Of a DNA stretch of 64,000 bases, positions 1 to 12,960 are shown one piece after another. The first letter of the stretch is position 1; each line of letters opens with the position of its first letter. A model generated the notes under the pieces. That model did no database searches. It was not told the DNA's origin and worked only from the letters and a program-made list of their open reading frames with translations. The stretch lies in assembly GCA_047495785.1 (NCBI GenBank), contig JBLDXI010000054.1, positions 4,092,001-4,156,000 on the forward strand. Direction: 5' to 3'. Both the position numbers and the translations under genes were made by a program. The DNA comes from Lepidodermella squamata. Taxonomy: Eukaryota; Animalia; Gastrotricha.

Positions 1-116
1 TTTTATTGACCGTCATCGTCATTAGCAGGGATAAATATACTACTTTCTCTCCTCGCTCAGAAATGTCAGCAGCCAACGAAAGCACAATTTATTTCAATTA
101 TTGTTTTTTTCAGCAA

Positions 117-3100
117 TCAGTTCAGCTCGAAAGTGCACTCGTCTTTGGACGACAACAAAAACGCGACGATTCCAGCAAGACCAGAGTCGACCTTCTTGTT
201 GGCAGGTTTCGCGGTGACAACCAAGTTGGTGAGGAAATTTTCGCCGAAAAGCACCGATACCTATAAAATACGAATGGTGTGCGAATATTTTAACCAATAA
301 CTGAATTTCATACCATATGGCTGAGAAGCTGTTGCGCCTCGGCTGGCGGCGCGTTTTGCGGCACTACAACAGTTGCCACTTTATTCACATGCTGCAGGTT
401 GATGAAGAAACATTCGGGCTGGGCGACGTTGACCTTTTTGTCACCGGGGGCTTCGCGTCCAGCGAACACCTTAGCGCCTTTGGCCAATTTAGCTTTCAAA
501 CTTTCAAAGCTGCCAGCATCCAAGGGTTTCGCAGTGCCGTCCGCGACGAAAAACTTCAATGGCTCAAAGAAGGCACCCAGAGATCGACGGGCCTGAAAAA
601 TTAACAGTATTTTATATGTTTAATCAATCAATTCGATTAATTACGCTGGTTTCGAATTTCTCAAATGAGTCAATCAGGTTGCGCCCAGCTGGGTTCTCCA
701 TCAACACGACGGAGCTCTTGCCATCAGCCCCGTGCACGAGAACGTACGGAACAGCCGGCTGGCCGGTCTTAAGCTTCTGGCCAGCTGCGTACAACGCGGC
801 TTTGGCCGGGCCCGATGTGGCCGGGGCTTCCGACCACTTTGGCCCGCGCTGGGTCAACGTGAGGCAGAACGAGTCACCCTTGATGTCAAACGACTCTGAG
901 ATGATAGCTTTCTCGGTGGCCGGCACAGGGAACGACTTCATCGGCTGCTTGATAACACTGAAGATCAGTTCGCCGAACTGGCTCAACATTGCCGCCATGG
1001 CTGGAGAGCACTTCGACACATCGTAGTAGACAGTCACGTCGTCGCTAGGCTGCAGTTGCGCAGATTTCCGCAGCCGCTGGACACGGTTGGCGAATTCACG
1101 AGCCAGACCTTCGGTTTGCATCGACTCGTCCGGGTTGACGTCGAGTAGGACGAAAAATTGTCCGTCGCTGTGCGCCTCGAATTTGGCAGTGTGGTCGCCC
1201 TTCGTGAACGAAGAGCCTTCGCAGCCGTATGTCAGCAACACCTCGTCCAGCCCGATTTTCTCGCCGCACAAATTGATGGAACCGGTCTTCTGCAGTTCAG
1301 TAGCCTGAACTTCGGTCAGTTTCGCCAAATCCTCCTGAATTTGCTTCATCTTCGTCTTGAGCCGAGCGCCCAGCTTCTTCAGATCAGGCAGCACCTTCAG
1401 CTTGATGCCATAGGCGTGGCGGTCGGTTGTTGCCACCAGGTCGCGAACGTTCAACTCTTCAACGATGAATTGACGCATTGATAAGATGTCAGCAACTTCA
1501 CTTGGGTCGTTCGCCGCAACGACAACAGAGCTCAGCGGTGTTTTAAGGGGGAGTTTCGTGCGGTCGCGGATGACTCGACCCAGCTCCACCACGGTCTGCA
1601 TACGCTGCACAGCTGTTTCAATCGGCGTTTCAATCATGCTCGCAACAGGTTTCGGCAACATCAAGAAATGAACCGACGCGTTAGTCGCCACGCCGTTGAT
1701 GAGAGGCGCCTCTTTCGATTTCTCGTCGACGAGCCGCTTCTTCAGCCGCTGGTACATGTATTCGGTCAAGAATGGCAAGAACGGCGCGAGCAGGCGGCAC
1801 GTCGTTTGAACGACAGCGAACAGGGTGCGCAGGGCACACACGCAGTCGTCATCGCCGGTTTCGCCCTTGAGGCGGCGCCGGTTCATGCGGACGTACCAGT
1901 TGGTCAGCTGCTCGACGAAGCGAACCAGGCGAGGCATTACCGTGTACAGGTGGTACGCGCCCATTTCCGAGTGCACGAATTTAACGAGCGATTGTGTGTA
2001 CGACAAGATCCAACGGTCCATGTAGTTGGTCGACGGCGCCTTTTGAACGTCGAGCGGGAAGGTGAATGTGGTTTTCAGCTCAGTCTCTGCCCGTTCGAGG
2101 TTTTGCAACAAAAAGCGGAATGCGTTGAACCACGGGATGAAAACATCGCGAACAACAGCCTTGACGCCATCCTCCTTAAAGCACAGTGATTCAGCACGGA
2201 CAGCGGGTGAATTGACTAGATACAGACGGATGGCATCGGCGCCGAATTTCCGCACGATTTCGGTCGGTTCGGGGTAGTTCTTCAGCCGTTTGCTCATTTT
2301 CTTGCCATCAGCGGCTAAAACCAGCCCGTTGACGACCAGGTTCTTGAATGGTGGCTTGTCGAAGAGAAGTGTCGACAGGACAAGTAAGGTGTAAAACCAA
2401 CCGCGCGTTTGGTCAATGCCCTCAGCGATGAAATCAGCAGGGAAGCCTTCCAGGAACTCGCGAGCATTCTCGAATGGGAAATGCTGTTGGGCGTAGGGCA
2501 TGCTGCCAGACTCAAACCAGCAGTCGAAAACCTCGGAAATACGCTTCAGTTGGCCTTTGCCTCGTTTCGAAGGAATGGTCAGGTTGTCAACGAAATCCTT
2601 ATGCAGATCAGTGATTTCACCCGGGTAGCCGGTCAGCTCTTTCAGCTCCTTGATCGAGCCGACACAAACCATTTCCTCACCATCGTCTGACACCCAGATC
2701 GGAATGGGTGTACCCCAGAAGCCTAAAACAAAAAAGGCGTGTTTTGGTGAATTTACGCTGAAATTAACTTACGGTTTCGCGAGATAGCCCAATCGCGAGC
2801 ATCCTTAAGCCAGTTGGCGAATCGGCCCTCTTTGACGAATTCGGGCACCCAGTAGGTCGAGTCATTGCACTTGAGCAGGCGTTCCGAGTACTGCTCGACG
2901 CGAACGAACCAGCTCGGCACGGCGCGGTAGATGAGCGGCGTATCGGACCGCCAGCAGAACGGGTAGCTGTGCTTCAATTGGCCCTGGTGGATGAGCCTGT
3001 TATCGGCCTTCAAGTGCCGGCAGATCTCCTTATCGGCGTCTTTCACGTATTTCCCAGCAAAGTCAGTCACCTCCGCAGTGAAGCGACCGCGAGGGTCGAC

Positions 3101-4153
3101 CGGGCAGACAGGGGCCATCTCTTTTGTGATAATGCCGTACTTCAGACACACCCGGTTATCGTCCTCGCCAAAATACGGCGCTTGGTGGACGATTCCAGTA
3201 CCAGCGTCAGTCGTAACATAGGTATCACAGAGGACTCGGAAAGCCTTCCGCTCAGTCTTCAATCGGATGAAGTAATCGAAGAGAGGTTTGTAGGTGAGGC
3301 CTTCTAGCTTCTTGCCCGGGAATGTCTCCAGAATAGTGTACTCAGCCTCAGTTTTGAACAGCGCGGTGAGTCGTACTTTCATCATGATAAAAACGCGATC
3401 TGTGCTGTTTTCTTTAACCTTGACGTATTCTAGTTCAGGGTGGACGCAAAGAGCTAAGTTGCTAGGCAGTGTCCATGGCGTGGTGGTCCAGGCTAGGAAT
3501 GCTACATTAGGATCGCTGTCGAGCGGGAAACTAACGATGACCGCAGGATCGTCAACTTCCTTGTAATTTTGGCCAGATTCGAAATTGGACAACGGGGTGG
3601 AGCAGGCGGTTGAAAACGGCATGACCTTGACGCCGCGGTAGACGAGGCCCTTCGAATACAGCTGCTTGAACACCCACCAGACTGACTCCATGAACCAAGG
3701 GTACATAGTCTTGTAGTCGTTATCGAAATCGATCCAACGGCCGAATCGACCGACGATTTCGCGCCAGTCAGTGGCGTAACGCATGACGATTTTGCGGCAC
3801 TCGTTATTGTACTTGTCAACGCCCATTTTCAGCACAGCATCCGGGCCGTCGATATTCAGAGTTTTGTCGATTTCGTACTCGACTGGCAAACCGTGACAGT
3901 CCCAGCCGAAGCGGCGCTGCACGTGGAAGCCACTTTGATGAGCCCATCGCGTGACGACATCCTTGATGGTACCAGCCAGCAAGTGGCCGTAGTGAGGTAG
4001 GCCGGTGGCGAAAGGCGGGCCGTCGTAGAACGTGTATCGCGGTCGGCCTTTCGACATCTCGAGACTCGTTTTGAACGCATTGATTTCATTCCAAAACTGG
4101 AGAATTTTCTCCTCCTCAGATGGGAAATCAAGTGAGTCTGGAATGTCAGACAT
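117..4153 (-). CDS. IARS1: Cytoplasmic isoleucyl-tRNA synthetase, 4 exons (introns 2723-2772, 593-644, 261-313)
   Basis: PPFATGLPHYGH (HIGH-type motif), KMSKR (KMSKS-type motif), WTTTPWTLPSN editing domain, spliced DWAISRNRFWGTPIP; 50-53 nt GT-AG introns keep the frame; stop TGA at 117-119; AATAAA on the minus strand at 2-7. Confidence 0.97.
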
Positions 4154-4343
4154 CGCGATAAATACAATGTGTATAAACCTAAGATAAGAAATCCAAGGTA
4201 AATTACACTACCGCAAATATTATTGCAGGGAAATGAATTTCAAATGACACATGCCAAAGCTTTTCGCTTAAATGAGATGATAAAAATGATATTACGTATG
4301 AAAACAAAAACAGAACATTAATGAGCAAATACAAAGGCCTTCG

Positions 4344-5930
4344 TCAGTTTTCTTTCTCCGAGGATGAGGCGCAACAACTGCTTGAAGGCGGCTCAGTGCC
4401 ACACTCAATAAATTTGATGGCAGCTGCAAAATTGCCACTGACGCGATGCAGCACGTAGATGATTTGCAGCGGGTCGGTTCCGTACCGTTGGGCAAGTGCT
4501 TTCACCATTCGATACGAAACCGTGTTCTCGATCGCCTCTTCTGGCGGCGGTGGCTGAGGGGCAGGAGGCTCGGGTTGAGCTGCAGGCTGTTGTTGCGGTT
4601 CGATTTCTGGCAAATCTGCCTGTGGAGACAATGGGCAGGTTGAAATACTGAGGATCTTGGCAGCACAAGACCGCCTTGCCCGTGTTGCAACAGGGTTCAT
4701 AGCTTGAGCGCCGGTTTCATCACTGCTTACAACCTGTTGCGTCATTCTTCTAACATCAAGTGCGCGAGTTGTCACGCCCACGCTTGATGATTCAGCGGCG
4801 AATTTCGTAGCTCGCCTAGTGACAGGCGCCGTAGTTTTAGGTACAACGGTTTGAGTAAACTCTTCATCCAAATTATCAGCAGTCGACACGAATTCAGCTA
4901 AAGCCACCGCTTTAGGGTTCATGGGTTGAACAAACGATTCTTGAGAAGTTGAATCGTCATGAGGCTCAACAACGGTTTTCCGAGCTATCTTTTTCGGCGA
5001 TGGCTCCGATTCCTCTGCTTTCTCTGATTTCTCTGAACTAGTATCGTCGTAATCATCAACATCATCAGGCACGATTCCAACAACGTCTGCCTGGATAACT
5101 GGAGCAGAGTTTTTCGGAACAGCCGGCACGAAAGGCGTAGACGTGTGCAAAGGCTTGTTCGCATTTTGCGATACAGCAACCGGCCCAATTTGACTTTGAC
5201 TTGCCGTGAAGTTTGCGGTGGCATGACCTGCTTCTTCTCCTTCATCTTCTTCCTCCGTTTCTCCGCCGATAACCTCAATAGCGTCATTGTCAACGCTGTT
5301 CCTAGCCGCCCTCTTCTTGTCATCTAACAACCTTCTGTACAGAGTTTTGTATTTCTCAATATCCAACATGAGCACTTTACGGTAGCGGCATCTCGAAGAT
5401 TCACCCGAATGAGTGCCGAAAACACCTTGCACACCAGCTTCGTCCCAGGCCTTATTCGGAATTTTTTTCGGTTCATCGCCCATTTCGTCCAAATTTCCGC
5501 CGTACACAAAATGAATAATAGCCATATCTTCATCAAACGTGAAAGGCAAACGCCCTTTACTAGTAGACACCTTAGACTTTTCTTCATCTCCGGAGGACTC
5601 AGTGTCATTGCCATCCGGAACCCGTTTACCCGGTACCGCCAAAAATGGAGCTTTATCAACAATTTTTCCAGCGGCGATGCACGCCTCGATAAAATCCACC
5701 TTATAATAGCTGACTTTTGCGTTAGCAGGAACTAACCAACCCGGCAATGCCAGGTGAATGGCCACTTCAGCGGCACCAACTGTGCAATCCATCTCACCTC
5801 CATGAGCTTTGATCACATGCCGGTAACTGCTAGGCATTTTCGGCGGTAGTGCAAACTTCAACGGCACGCCATGTTCATCAACAAATATTTTCTTGTTCAA
5901 CGGCAATTCATCACCGCCTTGTTGCGCCAT
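4344..5930 (-). CDS. TERF2IP: Shelterin component RAP1 homolog (BRCT, Myb, partial RCT domain), single coding exon
   Basis: N-terminal BRCT-like IFVDEHGVPLKFAL...IKAHGG...FIEACIAAG; Myb domain GRLPFTFDEDMAIIHFV...HSGESSRCRYRKVL; C-terminal KALAQRYG...SGNFAAAIKFIECG resembles the first helices of the RAP1 RCT domain. Confidence 0.8.
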   Translation of the reverse strand: MAQQGGDELPLNKKIFVDEHGVPLKFALPPKMPSSYRHVIKAHGGEMDCTVGAAEVAIHLALPGWLVPANAKVSYYKVDFIEACIAAGKIVDKAPFLAVPGKRVPDGNDTESSGDEEKSKVSTSKGRLPFTFDEDMAIIHFVYGGNLDEMGDEPKKIPNKAWDEAGVQGVFGTHSGESSRCRYRKVLMLDIEKYKTLYRRLLDDKKRAARNSVDNDAIEVIGGETEEEDEGEEAGHATANFTASQSQIGPVAVSQNANKPLHTSTPFVPAVPKNSAPVIQADVVGIVPDDVDDYDDTSSEKSEKAEESEPSPKKIARKTVVEPHDDSTSQESFVQPMNPKAVALAEFVSTADNLDEEFTQTVVPKTTAPVTRRATKFAAESSSVGVTTRALDVRRMTQQVVSSDETGAQAMNPVATRARRSCAAKILSISTCPLSPQADLPEIEPQQQPAAQPEPPAPQPPPPEEAIENTVSYRMVKALAQRYGTDPLQIIYVLHRVSGNFAAAIKFIECGTEPPSSSCCASSSEKEN

Positions 5931-6865
5931 CGTTAAAGTCTAAAACAAAAAAGATGTACTCTTGATCAGCATCAATTTTTATCATTCAACTGTATCTTCT
6001 TGCATTATCCAAGCTCACTTCGGCAGCTTTGCACAAATTCTTTAAAATCATCCAGAGTAACACATACGCGCCATCGAATAGCGCTAATTAGCAGCGACTC
6101 GTGGCAAACGTGCGAAGGCGTGATGAGAATTAATGGCAACAAAACCAATATTGAGAAATTTTTACGAAAAACCTTATGAACATATGCGCCTTTTAACGGA
6201 CCGCTCAACAAATGCAAACAAAAATATGAAGGTGTGAAGTAAGGTAAGATTCGAGCGTGAACATTATTGCTGTGAGGTACCCTCCGCCACCAAACAAGCG
6301 TGGACGCCAATCGCCGATGTCGCAACACACAATAAAACAAAATTGAAAGATTCAACATAGCATATATTAATAATAATTGTTCATTTAGATATATAGCAAT
6401 TTTCGAGTAATAATAATAATAATATTAATATTAATGAACTTTCAAAGTGAAGAAGTTATTTACAGTCGAGAATTACCGAGAGAACATGACGACGTTGAGA
6501 CACAACCGCATTGTGCAAAAAATTCCATTTTCTTGGAAACGGAAACCGAATTCAGCAGTGGATGAGTACACACTTTACAGCAATTTTCACCACCTTAATA
6601 ATTTTCAACTCACGCATGCATATTTCACGACGGGCATGAAAGAGCCAGAGAAACAGTCAAACAACGCTTACAAAAAACACACAAAAAAGCTTCTTCATCC
6701 GGCACAATCTTGTTGCTCCGTAATAGCACAGAAAAATAAATGATCAAGATATCGTCGTTGTTGCGTTGAAGCCATAACTTTATTTGGCAATGGTCTTTGA
6801 TGATGATTCAAAGATGGGAGAAGATCCAACAAAGGTAAGGCTACTCGAGGAAGACGTGACTTCCG

Positions 6866-8679
6866 TTATGCAACGGTCAATTTGATTTCAGAGAGAGCAA
6901 CCCAGAACTCAGACTCTTTGGTGCAGCGAAGCCGTAAAACGCTGACTGGCCAGTCAGTCGGAATGTCGCCCTCAGCAATACCATTGCTATTTTAAAAAGA
7001 AGAAAATAGAGAATTGCATTCCAATTTAATTCAAAAAAGCTAACTAGACGAGAAGCCCAACCTCACTAATACGTTATACTAAGAAAAGAACCCGAATTAT
7101 CTCATACCTGAGTACCAATCAAATAATGGAATTATCTTCAACTTTCAAGGTCAAACGATTAGGCTGTAAAAAATAGCAAATATTACTTGTCAAAAGAGCC
7201 GGCTATCACAAAATCGTAGCCTGGAATGACTTTGATGTCTTTGTTGTCGAAAGTGCCGGGTAAAATCGGCTCATCCGTATCGAATTTTATTTCCACAACT
7301 GTGTCGTAGAATCGATCGTCAATGTGATCGGCATTGCCAGACCGGAAAAAGAACTGCTTTAGCTTGACCGGCGGTGTCATTTCGAATGTCACCGTGTCGT
7401 TGGCAGCGGGCATCAAGGCCCAAAAGAAGTTATCACCTGTATAAGCAAGGTCGATACGGAAATCCTGAAAAATAAATGGATTAAGGAGGAGTTGGTCAAT
7501 TTTAGATCGATTACGTACTTGATACTGATTTAGAGTTGTTATAGCAACTGCCGGGGGATTATCGTGAGGTATAAAAAGTCGTGGTCGTTTTTTGTTGCTT
7601 GACGAGGGAGCAGCAGTGACGCCGATCTGAGTGAACAGCGTCGGGCGGAACCTGCGCCTTGCCGCATTTTTCTCAGCAGAACAATCTTCGGGTGATTTTT
7701 CAGGGTTGCAATATTTCACGGAGAGAAAATCATCGAACAGCCAATCAACAGGCTTGTCCTTGTGAAACATGAGCAAAAACTCGTTCAGCGCACTCATATC
7801 AATCGAGCGAATTAGTTTTCCGGTCATGCCCCCGATTTCGCTCGCGAAGTCAAGAATCATCCATTCATTAGAGCGTTGCTCTAATATGAATTGGCGAATA
7901 TCACTGAGGTAGCCCTCCTTCGTCGTCACGGCGTCAGATAAAGGTATAAAGAAGTTGCCTCGCGATCGGCAAAACATCATCAGATAACAGTAGTCGAGAA
8001 CTAATTTCGTTCTCGTCTGCATTTGAGACGGTGCGTCGCCGAAAGTCGATTTCACCCGCGTCAAATCCGGATAATAGTAAGCTTTCGGCGAGATGACTTC
8101 GATTAATCCACTAGTCATGGCTGTTTCTAAGCTCTCTTTTAGACCCTCTATCACCGAGTTGACGTACTTCTCATCGGTTTCGCTGATCATAACAACGATG
8201 AGAGTGTCGCTCGCATCTCGCTCGCCGAGGCCGCCGACCAGACTGGTCAGTGTTTCGATGAGATGATCCTTGCCATCATGTTTACCCGACATTACCCCAA
8301 TAACGAAATACGCATCTTTCCTGGCACCGTGCCCGTAATGCACCGCTGGGACCAATGCGTCGAGGTGTTCGCTCAAATGAGGTAGAAAGCTGACAATTGC
8401 AGCGTTTGTCGGTGTCTGATCCACGTCGCTTTGGACCACGACGAATACTTCGAGTTCGCGCTTCAAAAGCGACAACTCGGCCTTGTAGTTTCGATTCAAA
8501 TTGGTCACATCCTCCAGTTGCCGGCTGAGTTCTTCGAGCTGGCGGAGGCCACCTGCCAACAGTGGCAAACCCTCGTTAACACTGGGCGGCGACGAAGAGG
8601 TCAGATAGAAAACTAATGTGGGTAGTACAAATATTGCGCATACGACGGCGATTAATAACTTGATAGTCGCATGACGCAT
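6866..8679 (-). CDS. MGAT4: MGAT4 (GnT-IV, GT54) paralog with degenerate catalytic motifs, 3 exons (introns 7465-7518, 6987-7186)
   Basis: Type II TM segment, coiled stem, TFGD...RTKLVLDY, DKPVDWL, lectin domain RSGNADHIDD...FWVALSEI; same intron positions as the neighbouring paralog; LEDD replaced by LSDA. Confidence 0.88.
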
Positions 8680-10108
8680 GGCATTCGACAACAATCAATG
8701 TTTAAAATGCCCTAAAATTAGAGGAAAATGTAATAATTGAAATAAATCCGCTTTTACTCCCAATCAAACTCCGCGAATGCAAACAAAAAAGAAATATTAT
8801 TGATTCCGCGCAATTGTTCATCAAAAAAACAAGGACGAACGCAAAGACGAGCAGTAGTCGCACTTTAACACAAACATGTCAGCGCCTCGAAGACGTCAAT
8901 TTTTAATATAGTAAAAAGAGAATTCATCTTTACGCATTCACACATAGAGATAGCATTTTCTATATTTTCTTTGCTAGCATATATCTTCAATAATAATTAT
9001 AGTATTAGTAATAAATCCTGTACACAATTCATTTAAACTAATAATTTTTGTTATTGTGAGGAGGTTGAAGTAGTCCCAGAAAATAAAAATGCACCCCGCA
9101 AATGATGATTATGAAAATTAATCGTAGCAAGAGTAGGAATAATAGTAACACGGAAAATCAACAAGTTGTGGTATATAACAACACATTTTCGCGATTTTTC
9201 GCTCCTTTCAACGGTCGTGTAACATAAATTAGATGTAGATTTGAGCTTTTCTACACATATCATTCCTTCTCGTTATTTCATCGTATTTGAAAAGCTAATG
9301 CATCGCAACCAACGAAATTCAGTAAGAAATAGGTAATGGTAATGCGTTCACAACACTTCGTATGTACAGATATTATGAAAATATAGCGCTCATATTTCTA
9401 TTTATAGCAAGCCGGGAAAGGTAAAGGGCTGAAATTTTCTCCGATTCCGTAGCTAGAGGTCATGTAATGGAAACGTATTCCATTTATAGCGATGAGACAG
9501 ATAAGCACTGTACTAATTATATGTACTGAAGCAGAACATGGACAGCACTGAGAAAGATGTTCGTACGAAAGCATTTTTGCGTTATTTCTCTACAAAAAAC
9601 ATGCCATTTGATCGCCGAATGAGGGTTCTGTCCAGCCGACATGAGCAGTACTAGTCATCAAGGGCATTGCTCGGATATTCTATTCAATGCTTTAGTCCAC
9701 TCGGCTACAAAACAACAAATCTCGCCGGTGGATACACACATATGGCTAGGGGCCCACGAAGGAATAATTATGCTGTATTTGCGTCTAAGAATCTATCACG
9801 GTGCGACGCATGACACGAAGGGGGAAGTAAGCGAAGAGAGCTTACTCGGAGCGCGATCGACTAGATAAAAAGATAAAGCTGTCATTTAATAGTATTACCA
9901 TTCCTGTTATTTGCGGCAACAAATGTTGGCACCTCGCTGTTTTTCAGTATGCTGACAAGAAGACATACGATTCATTCGCCTTCAACGCACGCTTCTCGGC
10001 AACACGGAGATGACACGAGTTCGAATGAGAGGGAGAGAGATGAGAGACGGTGTTCTGCACAAAATAATCTCACAGTTAGCTTACGAACAACAAAGACTAG
10101 CGGCCGCG

Positions 10109-11844
10109 TCAAGATTTTGTCACTTTGAAATGGATTTCACTGAGGACTACCCAAAACTGTGATTCCTTTAGCACGCGTATCCGGCAAACTGCAACAGGAA
10201 GTGGTATTGTGACATTGCTTGTCGCCACACCGTTACTGAAACCACATTCAAATCATCAGCATGTTTGGATGGTTAGAAAATGATATTAAATTACTTGTCG
10301 AACGTAGCCATTGTGACGTAACCGTCTTGCAGTAGACCCAAGTTGCCTGTTTTCAGCATATCAGGGGAAACAGTTCCCTGGAACTTCATTTCGACAGCAG
10401 TATCGTAAAAACGATCATCCATATGCTCGGCATTGCCTGAGCGTATGTAAAAGCGTTCGAGCCGCACAGGGGGCGAAAACTCGAATGTCACCGTGTCATT
10501 TGCTTGCGGTAGCAAAGCCCAAAAATGCGTGTTTCCCGCGTACGCCAGGTCAATACGGAAGTCCTAAAAAACAAATGTTTACCTAGTAACGCAATATGAG
10601 CGATTAACTAGAAATATTACCTGATATTCTTTGAGGGTGGTCGACACAATAGCAGGAGGATTTTCGTGAGGAATAAACAATTGACCTTTGCCAAACTCCT
10701 TATCTTTCAGCTTTTGAATTTTGCCCTTCAACGAAGATTTCATACCAACATGTTGAAACAATGACGGCTTGCACCGCCGCCGCAATGACTCTTTTTCGTG
10801 GGCGCAGTGTTTGTCGTCCTTCTCCGGATTGCATGCTTTCACACTCAGGTAACCGTCAAGCAACCAATCAACTGGTTTGTCGCGATGAAACATCAAGAAG
10901 AAGTCGCACAAAGCATACAAGTCCACCGACCGAAAAAGCTTTCCTATAAAACCGAGCGCGGAGAACTCGAGCAAAAACCATTCCTCCGAGTGTTGTTGTA
11001 ACATGAATCTACGTATTTCCTGGATATAGTTGGCCTTAGCGATGACGTCGTCTTCCAGCTGAAGGTAATAAACGCCTCGGGTACGGCAATATATCATCAT
11101 GTAAACGAAGTCCAACACCTGCTTAGTGCGCCACTGCAACCGTTCCGGTGGGTCACCAAATGTCGGTTTCAATCTCGTCAAATCAGGATAGAAGGTTGGT
11201 TTCGGTGCTATTACTTCAATTAAACCGGATGCAACAGCTTCGGGTAGATTTTGCTTAACCATTGATATAACATCCTCAGCATAGTTGCCGCTGGTATCAC
11301 CAACCATTATCACAATTAATACATCGTTGACATCTTCGTCAGATAAACCCGTAACAAGAGATCGCAAGGTGTCCAGCAAATACGAAGTTTCATCGCGCTT
11401 CACAGTCGGAACGGCTAATACAAATGATACTTCGTTTCTGCGGCTAGTAGCTGGAAAACGCACGGATGGAACCAATGCATCCAAGTGATTAGATAAGTGA
11501 GGCAGATAATTGACTATAGAGGACTGAGCCGCTGAATAGTCGATGACCATCGATATATTCGGAGATGATAGATTTTTCATAGCTCCATTTTGGACCCGAA
11601 GAAACGTTTGCAGCTGCTCTTTCAAAGCTATCAGCTCGGCTTTGTAAGTTCGATGAAGTAAGTTAGCTTTTTCGAGTTGATCCTTAAGATCTTCCAACCT
11701 TTCCATACTGTGCTCAGAATCGAAAGATGACGAGGAGCCATAGCCAGTGAAAGACTTGACAACCAGCAGTAATGGTGTGAATAGAACAATGAGAGAGGCA
11801 GTTAGCAATAAGCCGAGAAGATATCTTTTGGCTGTAAACTTCAT
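10109..11844 (-). CDS. MGAT4: Alpha-1,3-mannosyl-glycoprotein 4-beta-N-acetylglucosaminyltransferase (MGAT4A/B-like), 3 coding exons
   Basis: VPTVKR, TFGDPPERLQWRTKQVLD, YYLQLEDD, LGFIGKLF, PSLFQHVGMKSSLKGKIQKLKD, C-terminal lectin domain ending FWVVLSEIHFKVTKS. Confidence 0.95.
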
Positions 11845-12121
11845 CTGAGAGATACCATATTATGACATTCAATTTATAATACTTCTAAGTAAATAAAATT
11901 CGAAGTGGAATAAATATATAGAGTAAGAAGAACAAGGGTTACATTCTTCCAGTGATCCTCAACTTTCACCATTAGGGCAAACCAATGACGAATGTTCAGT
12001 TTCGAATTTCGGCAATAGTGAATAATTGGTTAAGTCTTTTTAAAAATTAATGGAAAGAATTTCATATGAAAAGGCCCATGTATGAAAACCAACAGCGAAC
12101 AACGGATACCCAAATTGTATA

Positions 12122-12960
12122 CTGTATACGCGATAATATTCGCGAGGCGATAATTTTCGCGAATTTCGCGAGCGAAAATGGACCTCGCGAAAATTAAATT
12201 CGCGAAAATTTTCTCATCACAACAGTGATCATTTCTCGTGAATATGCTATTGGGAACGTAATACATGATGCACGAGAAGTTTTGTCATACAAATATCGTA
12301 CCTCCTGTATGTTATACACCTTTAGAGAGCGTATAAGCCAATTAAATATTGGCCCAATCGTGAGGGTGACTAAAGATCTCATGTTATCACAAAATATATC
12401 CCATGTTCTTTCCCTTAGAAACAAAAGTAGCTCAAAATGCATGTTGTTAGGCAAAATGTGACACCGAATGCTCCGCCGGGAATTGATGGAAACCTTTCGA
12501 TACTTAGCCCTAAATCAAATCAATCGATTGATGAATTATCTATGGTGACTCTCACGGCTGGGTTATGGAAGCGATTAAAGACATTCCTTTAAGGCTGAAA
12601 CCTAAGTCGTATCAACTTACTCTGATTTCGTACAAAATATCAATCGACTTCTGAGATATAGACTATAGACTAATGTATGAGGAGCCTAAAGTGAGAAGTG
12701 AGACGAGGAATTCCATTCATAGCACTTCGAGCGATTGTAGGCCTGCTAGTTGCTGTTTGTATGTAGCTTCAGGAAGAGGTAAAATACTCTACCTTATACC
12801 TTAAAGTACCTTATACCCTTCCTGGGCGATATTCCGAAAATCCCGATTTTCCGTTCACAGAAGGCTTGATCGCGAAAATTTCCGCTCGCGAATATTCTCT
12901 ACCCCTCATTTTAGGCCCTTCGCTAAAATTATCTACTCGCGAAAATAATCGCGTATACAG
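12122..12960. mobile_element. Non-autonomous TIR DNA transposon (MITE-like, TA target duplication), 839 bp
   Basis: Left end CTGTATACGCGATAATATTCGCGAG matches the reverse complement of the right end CTCGCGAAAATAATCGCGTATACAG with 2 mismatches; TA on both sides; subterminal TCGCGAAAA-like repeats; no transposase ORF. Confidence 0.85.

Noticed and set aside
317-3819. Many antisense or alternative-frame ORFs over IARS1 (and similarly over MON2, YTHDC1 and the LRR gene)
   Set aside because: Shadow ORFs of GC-rich coding sequence with no recognisable motifs.
6005-6743. 117-aa and 98-aa ORFs between RAP1 and MGAT4
   Set aside because: No homology or coding-like composition; better explained as MGAT4 3' UTR and RAP1 promoter/5' UTR.
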